Positions 21,666-35,700 of a stretch of 64,000 bases of DNA are shown piece by piece (position 1 is the stretch's first letter; the number at the start of each line of letters is the position of its first letter). The notes under the pieces are model-generated. The model searched no databases, was not told where the DNA came from, and saw only the letters and a program-made list of their open reading frames with translations. The DNA lies in NCBI RefSeq assembly GCF_020745735.1, contig NW_026867509.1:372001-436000 (forward strand), in the 5' to 3' direction. The position numbers and the translations under genes are program-made. This stretch comes from Hemiscyllium ocellatum. Taxonomy: Eukaryota.

Positions 21666-23968
21666 CTCCAGCATCTGCTGTCCTCACTTTCCTCACCGTT
21701 TCTTCATATACACATATGCATGTTGCAATACAAATAATAGTACAACTCATGACTCTGAATTAAGTGCATATAATGAAGAATAAAAAGGCAATGCCCCTTT
21801 AATGGTGATGGGCATGTTCCCCACAAGACTTATGTTTCAACAATCCTGTCCAATTGTCACCATCTTAATTTAATTCTGTGAAAACACTAATCCACTGTCC
21901 TTTATTTTCAGCCATATTGAAAGACGTCAGTTAAGCACTTTAGAGCTTTCCCATCTTAACATTTTAAAGGTGTTCAGTTCATTCTGTTACTTATTTATTG
22001 TTTTATTGTTTTCTGTACGCAATTCGTCGAGATATTCTACTCTTATATTTGCGTGTTACTTGCATTCTGTCTCTTGTAAGTTTGCTTATCAGTTTGGCTT
22101 GTAAACGTATTCATTTCCTCTTTGTTTCTGGATTGGAAAGATATTAACACTCCGTCATTATACTTCGTTCAAATTATCACTGTATGCTGAGAGAAAAAAA
22201 AATGGCATCACAACTTCTAAAATGACATCATGACCGAGAAATGATTTCTGGTTTTGCTTTGGAGACGTGACTCTGGGTTTTAGTACTGATGACTTGTGAT
22301 TAATATATGTATTGGTAGAGATTGCTGTTTATATTCTTCGATGTAGGGTTGAAGAGCCTGGACTTACGATATGGACATTTTGGGGCCATTCATGAATGTG
22401 GCATTTTCTGTTGTTCAGACAATAACATCACTGTAATAGTGGCAATAATGTCCCCAGTATTGGAACCTGGTCAGAATGACATCAGAAACCGGATGTTGTG
22501 GCCGGTAATACAGTAAGAGTAATGAATTGTGTACTGGCTGTCCGATGTGCTTGGAGTGCATGGACTAGAAGGAACGACATTTAAACTTTGAGGTCTGTGA
22601 ATAAAATGCACGTGCTTACTGTTCAACTGAGTGAAAAGATACTTGGAGGAATCAGAATACCAAAACTTTAAGCCAGGAGCGAGGCACGTCGAACACTTCT
22701 AAATCAATATTTTCGAAAGAGTTGACATATTCTTTTGTCCCCAACTGCAGCCTCACACCAGGCAATTCACTGCCGGAGATTCAGTGTGCCATGTTTCTGA
22801 TAATACTAGTGGTTGTGTTGGAGCGAAAGAACATTTAATAGTCATGTGGTTATGTCATTTTTACTTCAGTAATGCGAAGACAGAATCAAAGATGATTATG
22901 AAGCTTTTTCATTGATATTTGATGAAGTTTGACATCAGTATTTGCATCCGTCTACGTTTGCGTTTTAATTAGCAGGCTTGGTGTGATCACAAGTTAGTGT
23001 AGAACAATGATTATGAAAATCGTTCAGTCTCGTTGACCTCACTTCATGGTTCATCGCTGCAACAGAAATAAGTGAGAGTACCTTTAAGTGTTCGCAATTC
23101 CCGAAGCTCTGTCCTCTGCTGCATGACTGATCTGAACCATTATCCAGTCTTGTTGGCTCGTTCCATTCTCTCGATGACATATAATCTGTCAGGGCATTTT
23201 ATTTGTCACTGTAGGATTTCTCGTGCGACTAAGTGGAACTGATCAATGATGACATTCACAGAGTTCATAGACTTTGATACAGCCTCATCTTTCGTTGTTG
23301 CTTAAACTTCTGTAGATGCAGAGGGATGTCATAAACTTAACGTATGTTGACGCACGATTTATGGCATTACAATCTGATATCAGACAAATACCTCGTGGGA
23401 CATAACAAAACATATACACTCATACAAATAATGCGTAGATACAATGTCTATCAGAATGAGTGATCACACTAACACGTCGGGAAGAGTAAAACAAATCATT
23501 CGTGATTGCATTCACTGAGTAGATTGCAGATTTGCTTGCATGTTGTCACTTCCTGTAAAATAATTGAACGAAGAATGAGGCCAGAAAACTTCATGAGAAA
23601 GGCAACGTTTATGAATGTCTAACTGAGCCATACACTAGTATCATTCAATGTGTTGGACCAATGTCCGAGGAATTCGTGATCACAAAGCTGGAGGAAGATA
23701 TCCCCAGTAATGTCCAAGTGTGTGCATCATCAGGCGACTCATTGTTTTGTAATGCATCACAAACTATTTTGTAAAAGAACTTTATTGTAAGTTAAGTTTA
23801 AAAGTCATAATTTCTCAACTGTTCTTCGACTATTCTTGTTTAATTTTGGGCTTTGTTTTGTTATTGTTCTGGTAACACTGTGATTCTTACTCTGAAGACT
23901 AAACTGCTGTTTCAGATTCTCCATGTGATGCCGCCTTCTAGTGGACACTAACTCGAATTCTCAGCATT

Positions 23969-24251
23969 CCTTTTGATGATGGCTCCACTTTTGTTCTGCA
24001 ACAGTGTGGACTGCATGGCACAGGGATTCCAGGCGCTGTCTGTGAGAATAGCCCAGAGGGTAAATGAACCGATTTGATTTATTTGTTCAAAACAACAGAG
24101 AATCAGTATTGAAAATCGTCAGAAGCATCACCTGAGGTAGATCTCATTAATAAAAATGTCCGAAATTTTCCTGGACCTAGGATGTCCCAGAAGAATGTTG
24201 GAGCGCCAGCTTTGAGTTCTGTCTTTTCGGAAACATTAATTCTTATCGATC
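23969..24251 (-). pseudogene. TCR alpha-type V pseudogene (FR1 partly deleted)
   Basis: Acceptor 24252-24253; FFWDILGPGKFRTFLLMRSTSGDASDDFQY*FSVVLNK*IKSVHL...LTDSAWNPCAMQ; heptamer CACACTG 24002-24008; nonamer poor. Confidence 0.7.
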
Positions 24252-25596
24252 CTGAAATGCCTCATCTCTATCTTCGCACCCTTCAACAAAGTACCAAGTT
24301 GATCTAATAACTTGCATGAATATAATAATTTCTGACGAAGCAATAACTAATTTAAGCAGACCCATCAGGCATTATATCGACATAAGAAACAATGAAAATT
24401 GGGGTAAATGGTGTCAGGTTTCCATGGTCGCAGAAATGACAGAATGGTTTAAATAAGTTGACACATCCAATCTGATGTAAAATACCAAACTCAGGTGACC
24501 GTGTTGACTTGATAAACGCAAAAAAAAGACAAGGGACGTTCCCAAGGAACCGTATTGTTTGAGCTCTCCGATCTGACAGAATTAGGCACCAATCATTGTT
24601 TGCTGCAGGTCATGTGAGTTTTGATACTTTATCTGACCTTTGTTCTGTCCCTTCTTTTCAGTAAAAAGTATGCCTTCTGCTCTATCTTACTGCAGCCTTT
24701 TTTCGGTTTCTGGTTTTATGCGTTGATTAATCTGTCGTAATATCTGTCTTCCTTCTAGAATCTTACAGAAAAATCTGGATGGGAGTATGATCCATATCTC
24801 CCTGTTGAGCATTTTATCTGGCCACCAAAACGTAGTGCAACATGAATGGGTATATTCAGCATGAAATAAAGATAATTTGAGTTAAGAACAATCACATGGG
24901 TTATTTAAGAAACTGTGACAACATTGATAGACCTAACACTTAATTTTTGGTGACAGTGAACTTTCAACATAAATCTCTCACAAATTAATATGGGGACATG
25001 AATGCAGATCAATAGACTAAGTCTCGAGTTTATTCGCTAACAAGACTCCGTAAAGTAGATGCTAAAGAAGACCATTCCTTCCATCAAGGCTTCATCATCA
25101 TTGAATTTGATTATGATATGAAAATCGTTAACACAGTTTCGTAGCTTTCAGCCTTCATCACGGATTCATTTACTCGGGAGAAATCTACCAAATGTTACCT
25201 TGTCTCATGTAGTACAGTAGAATGATGATTAATTTGTTAGCGCGGCAGTTATCTGAGATTTAATTCATCCCACGCCCCCTGTTCTCCCTCCCGTGTCCTG
25301 TAAATCGTCACATGTCAAAGCTGCCCAAGTTTCTTCTCCAAAAGTGATTGAAACTATTCCAACGCTCTCTCCAGCAAGTCATTACAATTTTCAATGAATT
25401 TACTCAAAATTAAAAAAAACTGCCCTTATGTATGACCCCTCCCCGCCACGGAAGCACATGAAGAACTCTGCCTTGTTATGTGAAGTGGGCATATGATTAT
25501 TTTTCTTCCCGAGAGTGCAACTGGAACATTTTCCTGTCGAAATGTGCGATTCTATCAGTGAATAAGAGTATGTCTAAGGACCACATTAACTCTGCA

Positions 25597-25645
25597 TGTG
25601 AGTGTGTGTGTGTGTGTGTGTGTGCGAGACAGAGAGAGAGAGAGA
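25597..25645. repeat. (TG)n/(AG)n compound microsatellite
   Basis: tgtgagtgtgtgtgtgtgtgtgtgtgtgcgagacagagagagagagaga. Confidence 0.95.
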
Positions 25646-28099
25646 TGCATTGCGTAATACTGTATGAGAATAGGTGTGAACTATTAGCCTAGATGTGAAT
25701 ATTAAAATCTATGTTCGCCAGTGACAGAATATATGAGAGACTGTGTAAGTGTGAACTAGTATATGTATGAGTGAACCAGGGAGTATAGCCCTTTGGCATC
25801 CGCAAGCACAAACGTTTACCAAGCAATTGGTATTTTTTCATCACCCAATGTTGGATTTATTATTTCTCAATATCAAACACATTAGCATTCATATCTGAGA
25901 TCGTTTGTCTGGGGATGCTGATCGTGTAAGAATGGAAGGGAAAATGTGCGGTTGAAATTGACAGTTTGTTTCAGGTTAACATTCCGCCAATTGCCCATTG
26001 TCTCCCCCCTCCTTTCTAAAAGATTGGGGTTTGTTTCGTTAGCTACCTTTCAGTCCATTGCATCTTTGCATGTTCTACACAATGCTGGAATTTGAGCAAC
26101 AATATGTCCATTATTTCTAAGGCCACTTCCTTAAGCCCTCTGGTATGCAGAGCATAAGTCTGATGGGGGACGTTTGAGTTCTCTATTCACATAGCAATAG
26201 CAGATTTTGCAGTCAGGTTATATTTTCAGTAAGATTACTTTCCTACTATTGTTTGCCAGTCCGAATTACACCCTGTACCGTCCTATGCTGAGATTTTCAA
26301 ATGTCATGGAGATACTAAGCCCACATTTTAACATTTCAAACATCCTCACTATTATGCCTCTCCTATTCCATTAACATTCTCCAAAATCCCAGATCACATT
26401 TTCTCTAATACTGCCCTCTTCTGCATTCCTGATTTCCAAAATTATATCTTTACAATCTGTGTATTTATGCTCTGTAACCTCAGTCGTCTGAGATTGCTTC
26501 TTAAATAACTTTCATTCGTTGTTCGGGATGTACCTTGAAATCTGACTTAATTGTCACGAATATTTTTCTTCTTGCTTAACGCATTCAGGTGTCTTTGGGC
26601 AAAATGTGGGTTCAGTTAAACGCCTGTGAGAATACCATTGGAGTCATTAGAGAAACCATAATTCTATTTCTAAAGCAAAACGAGATATTAGCAATAAATG
26701 TTGAGATTGCCAGTTGTGCTCCTACCCCAATAAGACTTAGTAATATAAGCTATCCAAAATGAATAACTCATGAGCGTAAAGCATTATTCACAGTAGTGTT
26801 AATATTGTGGACATTTTTTTTTAATACTCGCCAATGTTTCTATTCATATCTCCAGAAAAATCAATTAAGAATAAGGAAACTGAGATAGATCTCACTATAC
26901 AACAACTAATACTTCATTCTAAGATCACACTATCCATTCTTGTAATCGATAGATATATATTGTCTGTGCTACAATGAATTTAACATAGTGCCTGAGTTGT
27001 TTCCATTCACTTCTTATAATGTAATAAGATTAGACTAAAAACTGCAAGCTGTTGTATGACAACACTTATTACTTGCCAGAACAGAAATAAGTGCAATTTG
27101 CTAATTTCGAATCTAATGTCCGACAATATAATAGATTGATGTTACACGATAACACATGAAGCTCCATATTTCACACAAGTAATAAGCAGTGTGTCAATGA
27201 ATTCACAGTAAACATTGTATTAAATCTTGCAATGCTCCATTATATAGTCACAAGTGCTTTTCTAGAGGTCATCCATAAGAAAGCACAATATCATACAAGA
27301 CACGCACATTTATTCGCAATGAAATTCTCTGATAGTATTCAGTATTGGAACAAAATCAAGCCCATCCTCAAAAGGGAGAGACTGTATTTTCAGGGTTGTA
27401 AACAGAGATGAAAAGCTTATTTCTAAATCTACTTCCTACGAATATTAATGACCACCTGAATCGGATAGCAAATGACAATGATTTCTCAATGCAAGGTATT
27501 TCAGAAACGAAACCATTTCTCAATGCTGTGTAGCTCAGCTCTGCCAGATATTCATTTAGGCCTCAGGTATTCATAGTGAGTGTGTCCAGACATATAATGA
27601 AGTTTCAGACTAAATTTCACTTCAAATCTATTGGAGAAACAAACTAAATAACACTTCTGTGGAGTTAGGTTGTAAAACTCTGAGAAGCATGATGTTATTC
27701 TACTTGGAGGCGAACTGCTGGCCAGTTCCATATCGCCATTCGCCATGTCATTACGACTGTCACGTGAAACTACTCAATCTAAATACGGAGATGAGATCTG
27801 TCCAAAAAAATCTCTTCCCACCTCTTCCGAGTCCTATTTTTTTTCCAAACAATTAGGTGGCGGATTAGTTTGCAGCTTTTGTTTATTGGGAGTTATTTTA
27901 GCATATGAGCGCTAATGTCACGTAATTATTTCAATCGACATGTATCATATCTATTTTAAATCATTATGCCCTATAGGGGAGGGTTTCCGAGGTGAGGACC
28001 ATCACATGCAAAGTCTGTGCCATGTAGAACTGCAGATCTTTTATGTATTTCTATGAAACTATCCCTGCAGTAAAGGTCTCCAAATATAATCGTCTGGTT

Positions 28100-28790
28100 A
28101 ATAACTTTATATTTAATCAAGATTCACAAATATGATGGTACTGTCCAGGAGAGCAGGTGCATATTTCCTTGAAGGTGAAATGAGGAGTAGGGCAAGTTAG
28201 TGAAAAAAAAGACGTTTGGTATACTTGGATTAATAGTGAGTTATATGATTAGAGGATGTCATGTGCTACCTGACAACACATTGGTTAAGATATTTCAGGA
28301 ATGCTGCCTTCAGTTCTGGTCTCGCTGCTATAGGAAAAATATTGTTAAATTTGAATGGGGAATGGAAATGTCATAATGATTCGACGTTTTGAAGTGTAAG
28401 GATAGGCAGAATAACTGGGGGACATTTCCCGTCGAGCATCGGATGTTGAAGAGTGACCTGAAAATATTTATCAAATCATGAGGAGCATGGATATGGTGAA
28501 TAGCGAAAGTCATTTCCTCAGGATAGACTAGCCAAACGCCAGAGAGCGTAAGATTCGGGTGGAAAAGAGAAAGAGCTAAAAGGAAACGAAGGGAAAACGT
28601 TTTCATGGAGATGGCAGTGCGTGTATGAAATGAGCTGCCAAAGAAAATGTTGGGCTTGGTGAAATTGCAACATTTTAAATTGTAGACTGATATGTTCCAA
28701 ATTGGGCAAATGGGACGAGATTTGTTTTGGATATCTTGTGAGCATGGCCGAGTAGCACAGAACTATCAGTTTCTGTGCTCTTCAACCACC
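28100..28790 (+). mobile_element. Old CR1 3' fragment
   Basis: ggatgttgaagagtgacctgaaaatatttatcaaatcatgaggagcatggatatggtgaatagc... matches the CR1 RRLRGDL.EVYKIM region and 3' UTR. Confidence 0.65.
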
Positions 28791-31079
28791 TGATTTTAAA
28801 TGGCCTGATGCAATATAAAATGACTTATCATTAAGTGACTCTACGCATGATGCATGGTTTTGATCTGCGGCATCAAATGCATTAGTAACGGAAACATTAA
28901 TAGTATAACGTCGAATACTACATGCTCTGATGTGGTATGAAATGGGAATAAGCCGATGTAATATAAACAGTGGCAGCTATAAAGCAATATTGAAAAATAA
29001 TGTCCTTTTTCAGCAACAACCTGCAAAGTTCAATCGAGTACAATTACAGTGAAATGTAGAAATCAACATGGCGCCAAATTAGAATAGTGGCACAAGATCG
29101 TGCAATAAGACATGCCGAAGGGCCCAGTGCTTTACACTTAGATGGCCCGACAAGTAAGTATAATGCATGATTCGAACACTGCAAAGTTATATCTGGTCAA
29201 TGTAATGCTGTATGCTATGTGACACAGTTTAGTCACACCTGAGATTGGCTCTGATATAACAAAACAAAGAGACATGATCAAACTGAGTACTTATACCAAC
29301 TTCTAACTTAATATAAACAGAGACAGAAACTCGTCATTGTCTTTACCTAGTACTCAATAAGGAGACAGATCTAAATGTGCTGGAATGGTAGCGCCCAAAC
29401 CTTTGAGCCCGGCAAACCTGGTTCAAGTCTTACCTTTTATTGAGGCGTGTGATAAACTCTGAATAGCTCGATTTGTTCAATAAGGAACCACGTTTGCGCA
29501 TGCTGAAAAAGTAACATAGACCAAGGAGTAAGAAAGTATCACAATAGCCATAAAACCTGTAGAAGCACAAACAGGTGCTTCTAACCAAGACAAGAATGAT
29601 AATTGCAGCACAGAAGAAGGGAATTTTGCCAATCCGATACATACGAGCTCTGGCGAGCAATAATGCACATAATATCATATCCTGTATCATAGAACATTGG
29701 AATTTACGAATTCTGTGCAGTGATAATTAATCGATAACTGCACAAATTAAAGAAAACCACTCTGGCCATCGTATCTAATCTTATGAGGGTTAAAAAAAAG
29801 CAATCGAATCTAATTCATTTCTAATTATTTGTTCGTAAACCGTGTTGTTCAACGCTTATGACTTCCACCCCTTTGTTGAAAGGGTTAAAGGCTTATTCCT
29901 TTGAAATTTCAGGCGGCAGTTTTCAGACCACACATAACATCCAAGTTAAAAATATCTAAACATTTTATCTCCCCTCTAAACCTTTTATCAACAGCATATA
30001 AGCTATTCCTCCGAGTTACTGGCGTCTCAAGCAAAGGTAATGCATGTTTTCAATCTGATCCATCCAGGCCACAGAAAAGTTTGAACTACACAAAAAAATC
30101 TCCCCTTAAGGTTCTCACCCTCAGGGAAAAAAATACAGAGTCTGTCAAAACTACCCTCATCATTAATTTTCCAGTCCTGTCAAAACCCCATAAATTGCCT
30201 AGTTGCCCTCTGGAATGCAAGTGCATCTTTCCATCACAATGTTCCGAGTACAATAATAATCAAGGCATGATGAGATATGTTAAGGAGAACCAAATTTGGT
30301 TAGAGACTTCTATTCATGGATTGGTTTCTGAACAAATGCTGTTTAAAAATGTGTTCACGTTTCGATTTACCTCCATGCTAAGCTGTGAACCATTCGACAG
30401 GGATACAACAAGTTGCCTAAAACGTCAGAGCCTTTTGTATTTGTTTTCAAAGTTGAAACCATCATTTCACAAAGCGTTGAGCGCTTCTTTTTATTATAAA
30501 GATGTTTGGACAACTGGCGTTTAAAGAAAAAACGGAACAATGCTTCCACGCTTTGCAGGCAGACAGTTCTGTGTGCATTAGATTTGAACTTGTTCATTTT
30601 ACGTGAAATGCTCCATACCTGTGTGTCCTCTTATAGCCCAGAAGGTCCCCTGTGTCTGTTTTACAATTTCTTTTCATTGCTGCCTGCGACTTTTGAACAA
30701 CTGTATTCTTCTCAACTTATCGTTTCCTGTAGTCTTAAGTCAGAGCTTGGCCAAAGTGTTCATTGTTCAGTGTATGTTTCTGTGATAGACCATAACTGAA
30801 AAACAAATGGAGTTCAAATATTTGCAACTGTGATATTTAAATATAACCGTAGGCACTGAATTTTAACCGTTTGTATCGTCCTTTCAATTGTTGTTACATT
30901 TCGATTAACTGCACGTGATACTGCTGAATGTTAGGGACCTGAAAATCAGTAAAAGCTGAATTTCAGCATCGGTGTGAATTCAAGCCATTGAAGAAGAAAA
31001 GAGAGGAACCGTTTATTCGAACGTTCGTTACTTCTATCAATTGAATTTATATATATATGGATATTATCAGTAGATTTCT

Positions 31080-32700
31080 CATAAGTTATCCAGATTTCCA
31101 CTTGAATGAATCTATTAAATGGCCTGTTAGCCTTCTTCCCTCCAATGAGAACAGGCCTAAGTCCCTCAGCATTTTATTATAAGACAATTGCTTCAGACCA
31201 GGCAACTTTCTGGTAAATCTCTTCTGCACTTTTTCCGATGCTTTCACATCCACCCATTAATAAGGCAACCAGAAATGAACACAACACACCACGTGAGACC
31301 GCACTAGCATTTTGTACAGTTGCAACATGACGTCACGGCTCCGGAACTCAATCCCTCTACCAACAAAACCTGACACATTGTATGCCTTATTAATAGTAAT
31401 ATTAACCTGGGTGGCAACATTCTTGGATGTATGTACATGGACACCCAGATCGCTCTACACATCCACACAACCAAGAATCTTTCCATTGACCTAGTATTCT
31501 GCCTTCCTTTTATTCTTCCCAAAGAGAATCACGTCACATTTATCTGCCTTGAACTCTACTTGCCACCTTTCATCTCAGTTCTGCAGTTTATTCAAGTCTC
31601 TCTGTAACCTGCAAACTTCTTCCAAACTGTCACCACTCCACCAATTTTTGTATCACCTGCAAACGGACTAATCCATCCACTTTTACTTGCGTCAAAGTCT
31701 TTCATAAAAATCAGAAACAGCAATGGTCCCAAAACAGAACCCTGTGGCACAACACTAATAACTGGACTCCAGGCTGAATATCACCTGTACTATCGCTGCT
31801 GCCTTTCTTCAACAAAGCACAGCATTTGCTATCCTCCAGTCCTCTGGTACTAAACCTGTCGATAACGACGACTCAAAGATCAAGACCATAGGCCCGGCCA
31901 TCCCCTTACTAGCTTCCCAGAGAATTCACTGGAAAATCCAGAGAACATATCTACCATCACATTACCTATGGAAAAGAAATCCGTGGCATAGATGGAAAGG
32001 AAGAATGTTTCAACAATCTGACTCTTCGGATAGCATGTTTCTCATTTGATGTTAGGTGAGGACGACTGGTCCTGAACTCACTTAAGTTTTGAAGAATAAG
32101 AGGGAACCGATTCGAAACATTTTGAGATGGATTGAAAGTCTGCATCTATGGCGAGTGGGGGTAGACGTTGGTATGTTGATGAACTCGAACATTGGATAGC
32201 CTTCTTAGAATACACAGTGTAAAATTAGGACTGATAGTATTCGAGGTTTCTCCACGCAGAGAGTGGTGAACCTATCTGTGTCCTATGTGGAAAATTTTCA
32301 ACGGGATTGCTGAATTCCAGATACATTACATCAACTGCACTCTCCCGATCGCCTCTTCAAATTGTTCAATCTGTTTGATCTGACCCATGCCGTGCCAACT
32401 GTCCCTGATTACTAAGTGAAGAGTAGTTCTGTTCTTCTGAATATTATTAAATCGTTTCCCTGCCCTTGATGTGTCACGGACTAGTCTGCAAGTTTCGGGT
32501 ACATCCCAACCATACTTCGTGAAAATTGGAATCACATTAGTTGTTCTCCGCCCCTCTGGTACCTGTAGCCAGAATGAAAACAAAAGTTGGGTCAGTATAT
32601 TTTCGTTTCCTCCCTCACTTCCCACAGCAGACTGTGTTACAACGCATCCCGACCTTGGATATCCATTCTGATTTCCCATTTGAACTAAGAGTGAACATTA
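31080..32700. mobile_element. Cluster of CR1 fragments in both orientations
   Basis: 31080-31990 antisense RT/3' end; about 32000-32330 sense 3' end; 32330-32700 antisense (ORF 32326-32679(-) WLQVPEGRRTTNVIPIFTK, cf. W..VP.DW..ANV.P.FKK). Confidence 0.7.
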
Positions 32701-35700
32701 ATTGAGAGGGGTTGTAACTTGAGGCGTTTGCAGTCACTTACCTTCTATGACAGTCACTATCATTCCAGGTCCAATCAGGGCATCTTATTTCCAAAATAGT
32801 GACACCTCTCTTAGTCAGCCCAGAACAACAAATATTGGCAGTTTATTACGTCTCACTTGGTTCAAACCCCTCAGCTCTGCTGCTAATTACAGAAGGGATT
32901 TTAATGAATTAACAGTATTACATATTTCTCAAATTCTGTTGTTGAAAGCAGTATTTTATGAGACTCGAATTCTTCACAGGTTAACTCTGGGACACGGTTC
33001 ATAGATGATCACTTCATGGAAATGGGGGGAAATATCACAAGGAGATAAGAGAAAAAGGAAAATTGAAGGAAATTGTGCCAAAGATACGGAATCTAATGGA
33101 TACACTAAATTGTGTCCCCAGGTTCCAGCTCTTAGAAGTGGATGGCAATTTCTGCTCTGGACTCCAAACTGCATTTAGCATTCCCAACACTTACACACAG
33201 ATTCTATTCACAAGAATAAGAAAAAGGTAGCATCTATACAAACTCGGGCATGTCCAAATTTGCAGATGTTAACGCTATACAACAGTAAAATTAGAAATAA
33301 TAATGGGTGACAAATGGTGTGATGTAGAACTATGCGTTTGGCTACGAAGAGAATGCCTGGACTTTATCCTTTGTTTCTGTAAACAAAATGGAGGATTTTC
33401 TTTTGTATTGTGCAATGTATTTGGCCATCACTCTGTAGTAGTGATTTGCTTTTCTGTGATAGTGTCAGTGCCTTCAATTCCTACACCTCGAATTTCCAGT
33501 GTAACTGCATTTTATTCTATATTCATCCGGACAACAAATCTTATTCGGCTCGAAATATTCTTCCGGTCTCTCCTGGTCTAGCTTTGCTTGAGGAAATATC
33601 TGTCTGGGAAACGATGACTCCAGTTCTGTATGAAATAAATGGCTGACGGTTGGTGAGACTGACTCCCCTTCCTGGTCATCTCTGTTGGGGTCAGTGTCAT
33701 GGACTGACTGAAAGCACCTGGAAATTAAAGAGACAGCGGTTAATTGATAATCAGAGCAAAGGAATACAACAAATGTTGCTAACCTTTGGCTATATCAACA
33801 GGAGGTCTGGTCGTGGTCAACATTACTTTGAATCAAAATAATGTCTACTTGTTTCATCGGTGCTCACGGGTAGCCAGATACAGTGTGAAAATAGCAAAGA
33901 TTTTGAGGATTCTGCCACCTACAGATGATGATTTACATGATGTACAGGCGCGGCCGGCAGATAAGAACTATTTAAGGACACAGAACCTCGCAGTTGCAAT
34001 GAAATACTCGAAAGAATCGAGCAGATCTCCTCAGTGAATCTACTGAGATAATTGATGGGCGGCACAGTTCTCTTAGACCACACAGTTTGTTATTCGAATG
34101 CTGCAAGTTTCAAAGAGGTACCATGCAGCATTCTGTGAAACTGATGTGAATGTTGTTCATAACTTAGTTTGATAGCTATGGCATCTGTGATGTGATTTTT
34201 GAGTCGGTGAATACGCTTAATTTTCACTGCAAGTATAAGGAAAGAAATCGATCCCTGCACCTTAATTGGGTGGGGCATGACTCGACAAAGTGATTCGCCA
34301 ATCCACAGGCAAATGGAAAAAAAAATACGTTTCGAATAAACTGTCTCTGTCATTTGATCCAATCTCTCTTGCGTCCTTCTCCAATGCAAACTGCATTTAA
34401 TATGGACTTTCATCACGATTTCTGCCTTGGTACATGCACAGTTGCAGTGACAGAAATTAAGCTGAACCTGAAAAAGAAATAGATACTTGGGAATTTTTTC
34501 CAAAACAAATCTTTATGTTAGACTAGATTTTCTTCGGCTATTCTGACACTGGAGTTGATACAATAACCTTGATTTCTGTCTATCAAAGTTGAATTCTTGC
34601 CATGCCAGCACTGATTACACAAAAACACCACTATATTTTCTATACTATTGACCTTCCACAAGGATACTGCATCATGCCACACCTTTGTTCGTATTAAAGT
34701 AGTCATCAGTTTTTGCACACGACTATACCTGAGCTAATATTATACTCTTACACAAACTGCATCGGTTTTCATGTTACTCAACTGTTGATTACAATGGGCT
34801 TTTCTCCTGTTATTCCTACACTGTAGCATGCCACATTTTATATCTTATTGACCATGTCTCTCTGCACTTGATGTTACAACTTCTAATCCATGTTTTACTA
34901 ATTAATCTATATTGCTCCGCCCTTATTTCAGGCACATGATTGTATGCATCATTTGTTTCCAGACTATAAATCTCGAAATCATTCTCAAGCAGTTTGGCAT
35001 AATGTCTTAACTATGGAGTTGGTTAAAGGTCTGGAGCCACAGTGAGGCCCTAAGTGGCAATCTTTCATGTTATTTGTATTTCAAATACTTACAATAGTGT
35101 CAAAAATTCTTCACTTATCCCCATGATTATAGCACATTTGGCAGGCAGATTTAAATTTATAAATGAACTGAAAACCTGTATTAGGACTGCAACTCACTCA
35201 GGAGCATAATTCTGTAATGCTATTGCCGGTTTCCCACAAGGCCCAACGTTCTTTCAGGGCACAGTGCCTTCATCCATAACCTGTTGTGATGTGAAGCAAA
35301 TAGAATTGGCCGAGGCCAGGGATTTGTGGTGGTCAGTACAACTCAAATGAAGAGTACCCATCAGCTGCTCTTTGTCTCTTGCTATTATGTGGGAGAATAA
35401 CGTGACACATACTATGAAGTTCAGTATAAGTTTGTCTGATGTTGTGTAAGGTTGTATGCTTGTGGGGACTGAAGATCGGTCTGTTCTTCCATCAATAAAA
35501 GCATGACTGATCTGCATGAAGTGGATTGCGAAATCACTTCGTGCATACTGCCAAATAACATATGCAGATATTCTGTTGAAATGCTCGAGAATGAACTAAA
35601 GGTTTCTAACGAAAGCGCAATCGATGTTTGATTAATCATTTTACAAAAAAATAGTGCACGATCCAAGCGATGAGATCTTTTTTTTAGTTCAAAATGGACA

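Noticed and set aside
22280-22610. Possible light-chain-like V relic (PQSLNVVP...YYRPQHP), minus strand
   Set aside because: Too degenerate: no YYC motif and only a doubtful RSS.
22700-22800. Possible J-like segment
   Set aside because: No FGxG/WGxG motif, no 12-RSS and no donor.
27500-27780. FSNRFEVKF-containing ORF as a V relic
   Set aside because: No conserved Cys/Trp in any frame combination I tried.
29901-30524. 207-aa ORF, the longest non-GPCR, non-gap ORF
   Set aside because: The first half is antisense to a LINE 3' fragment, and there is no recognisable domain or splice support.
33700-33930. LWLYQQ...EDSATY V-like fragments
   Set aside because: Needs several frameshifts, and there is no Cys104 or RSS; only suggestive.
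35230-35420. SSFELY*PPQIPGLGQFYLLHI...HCALKE (minus) as an internally deleted V
   Set aside because: Short motif matches only; no RSS or leader.
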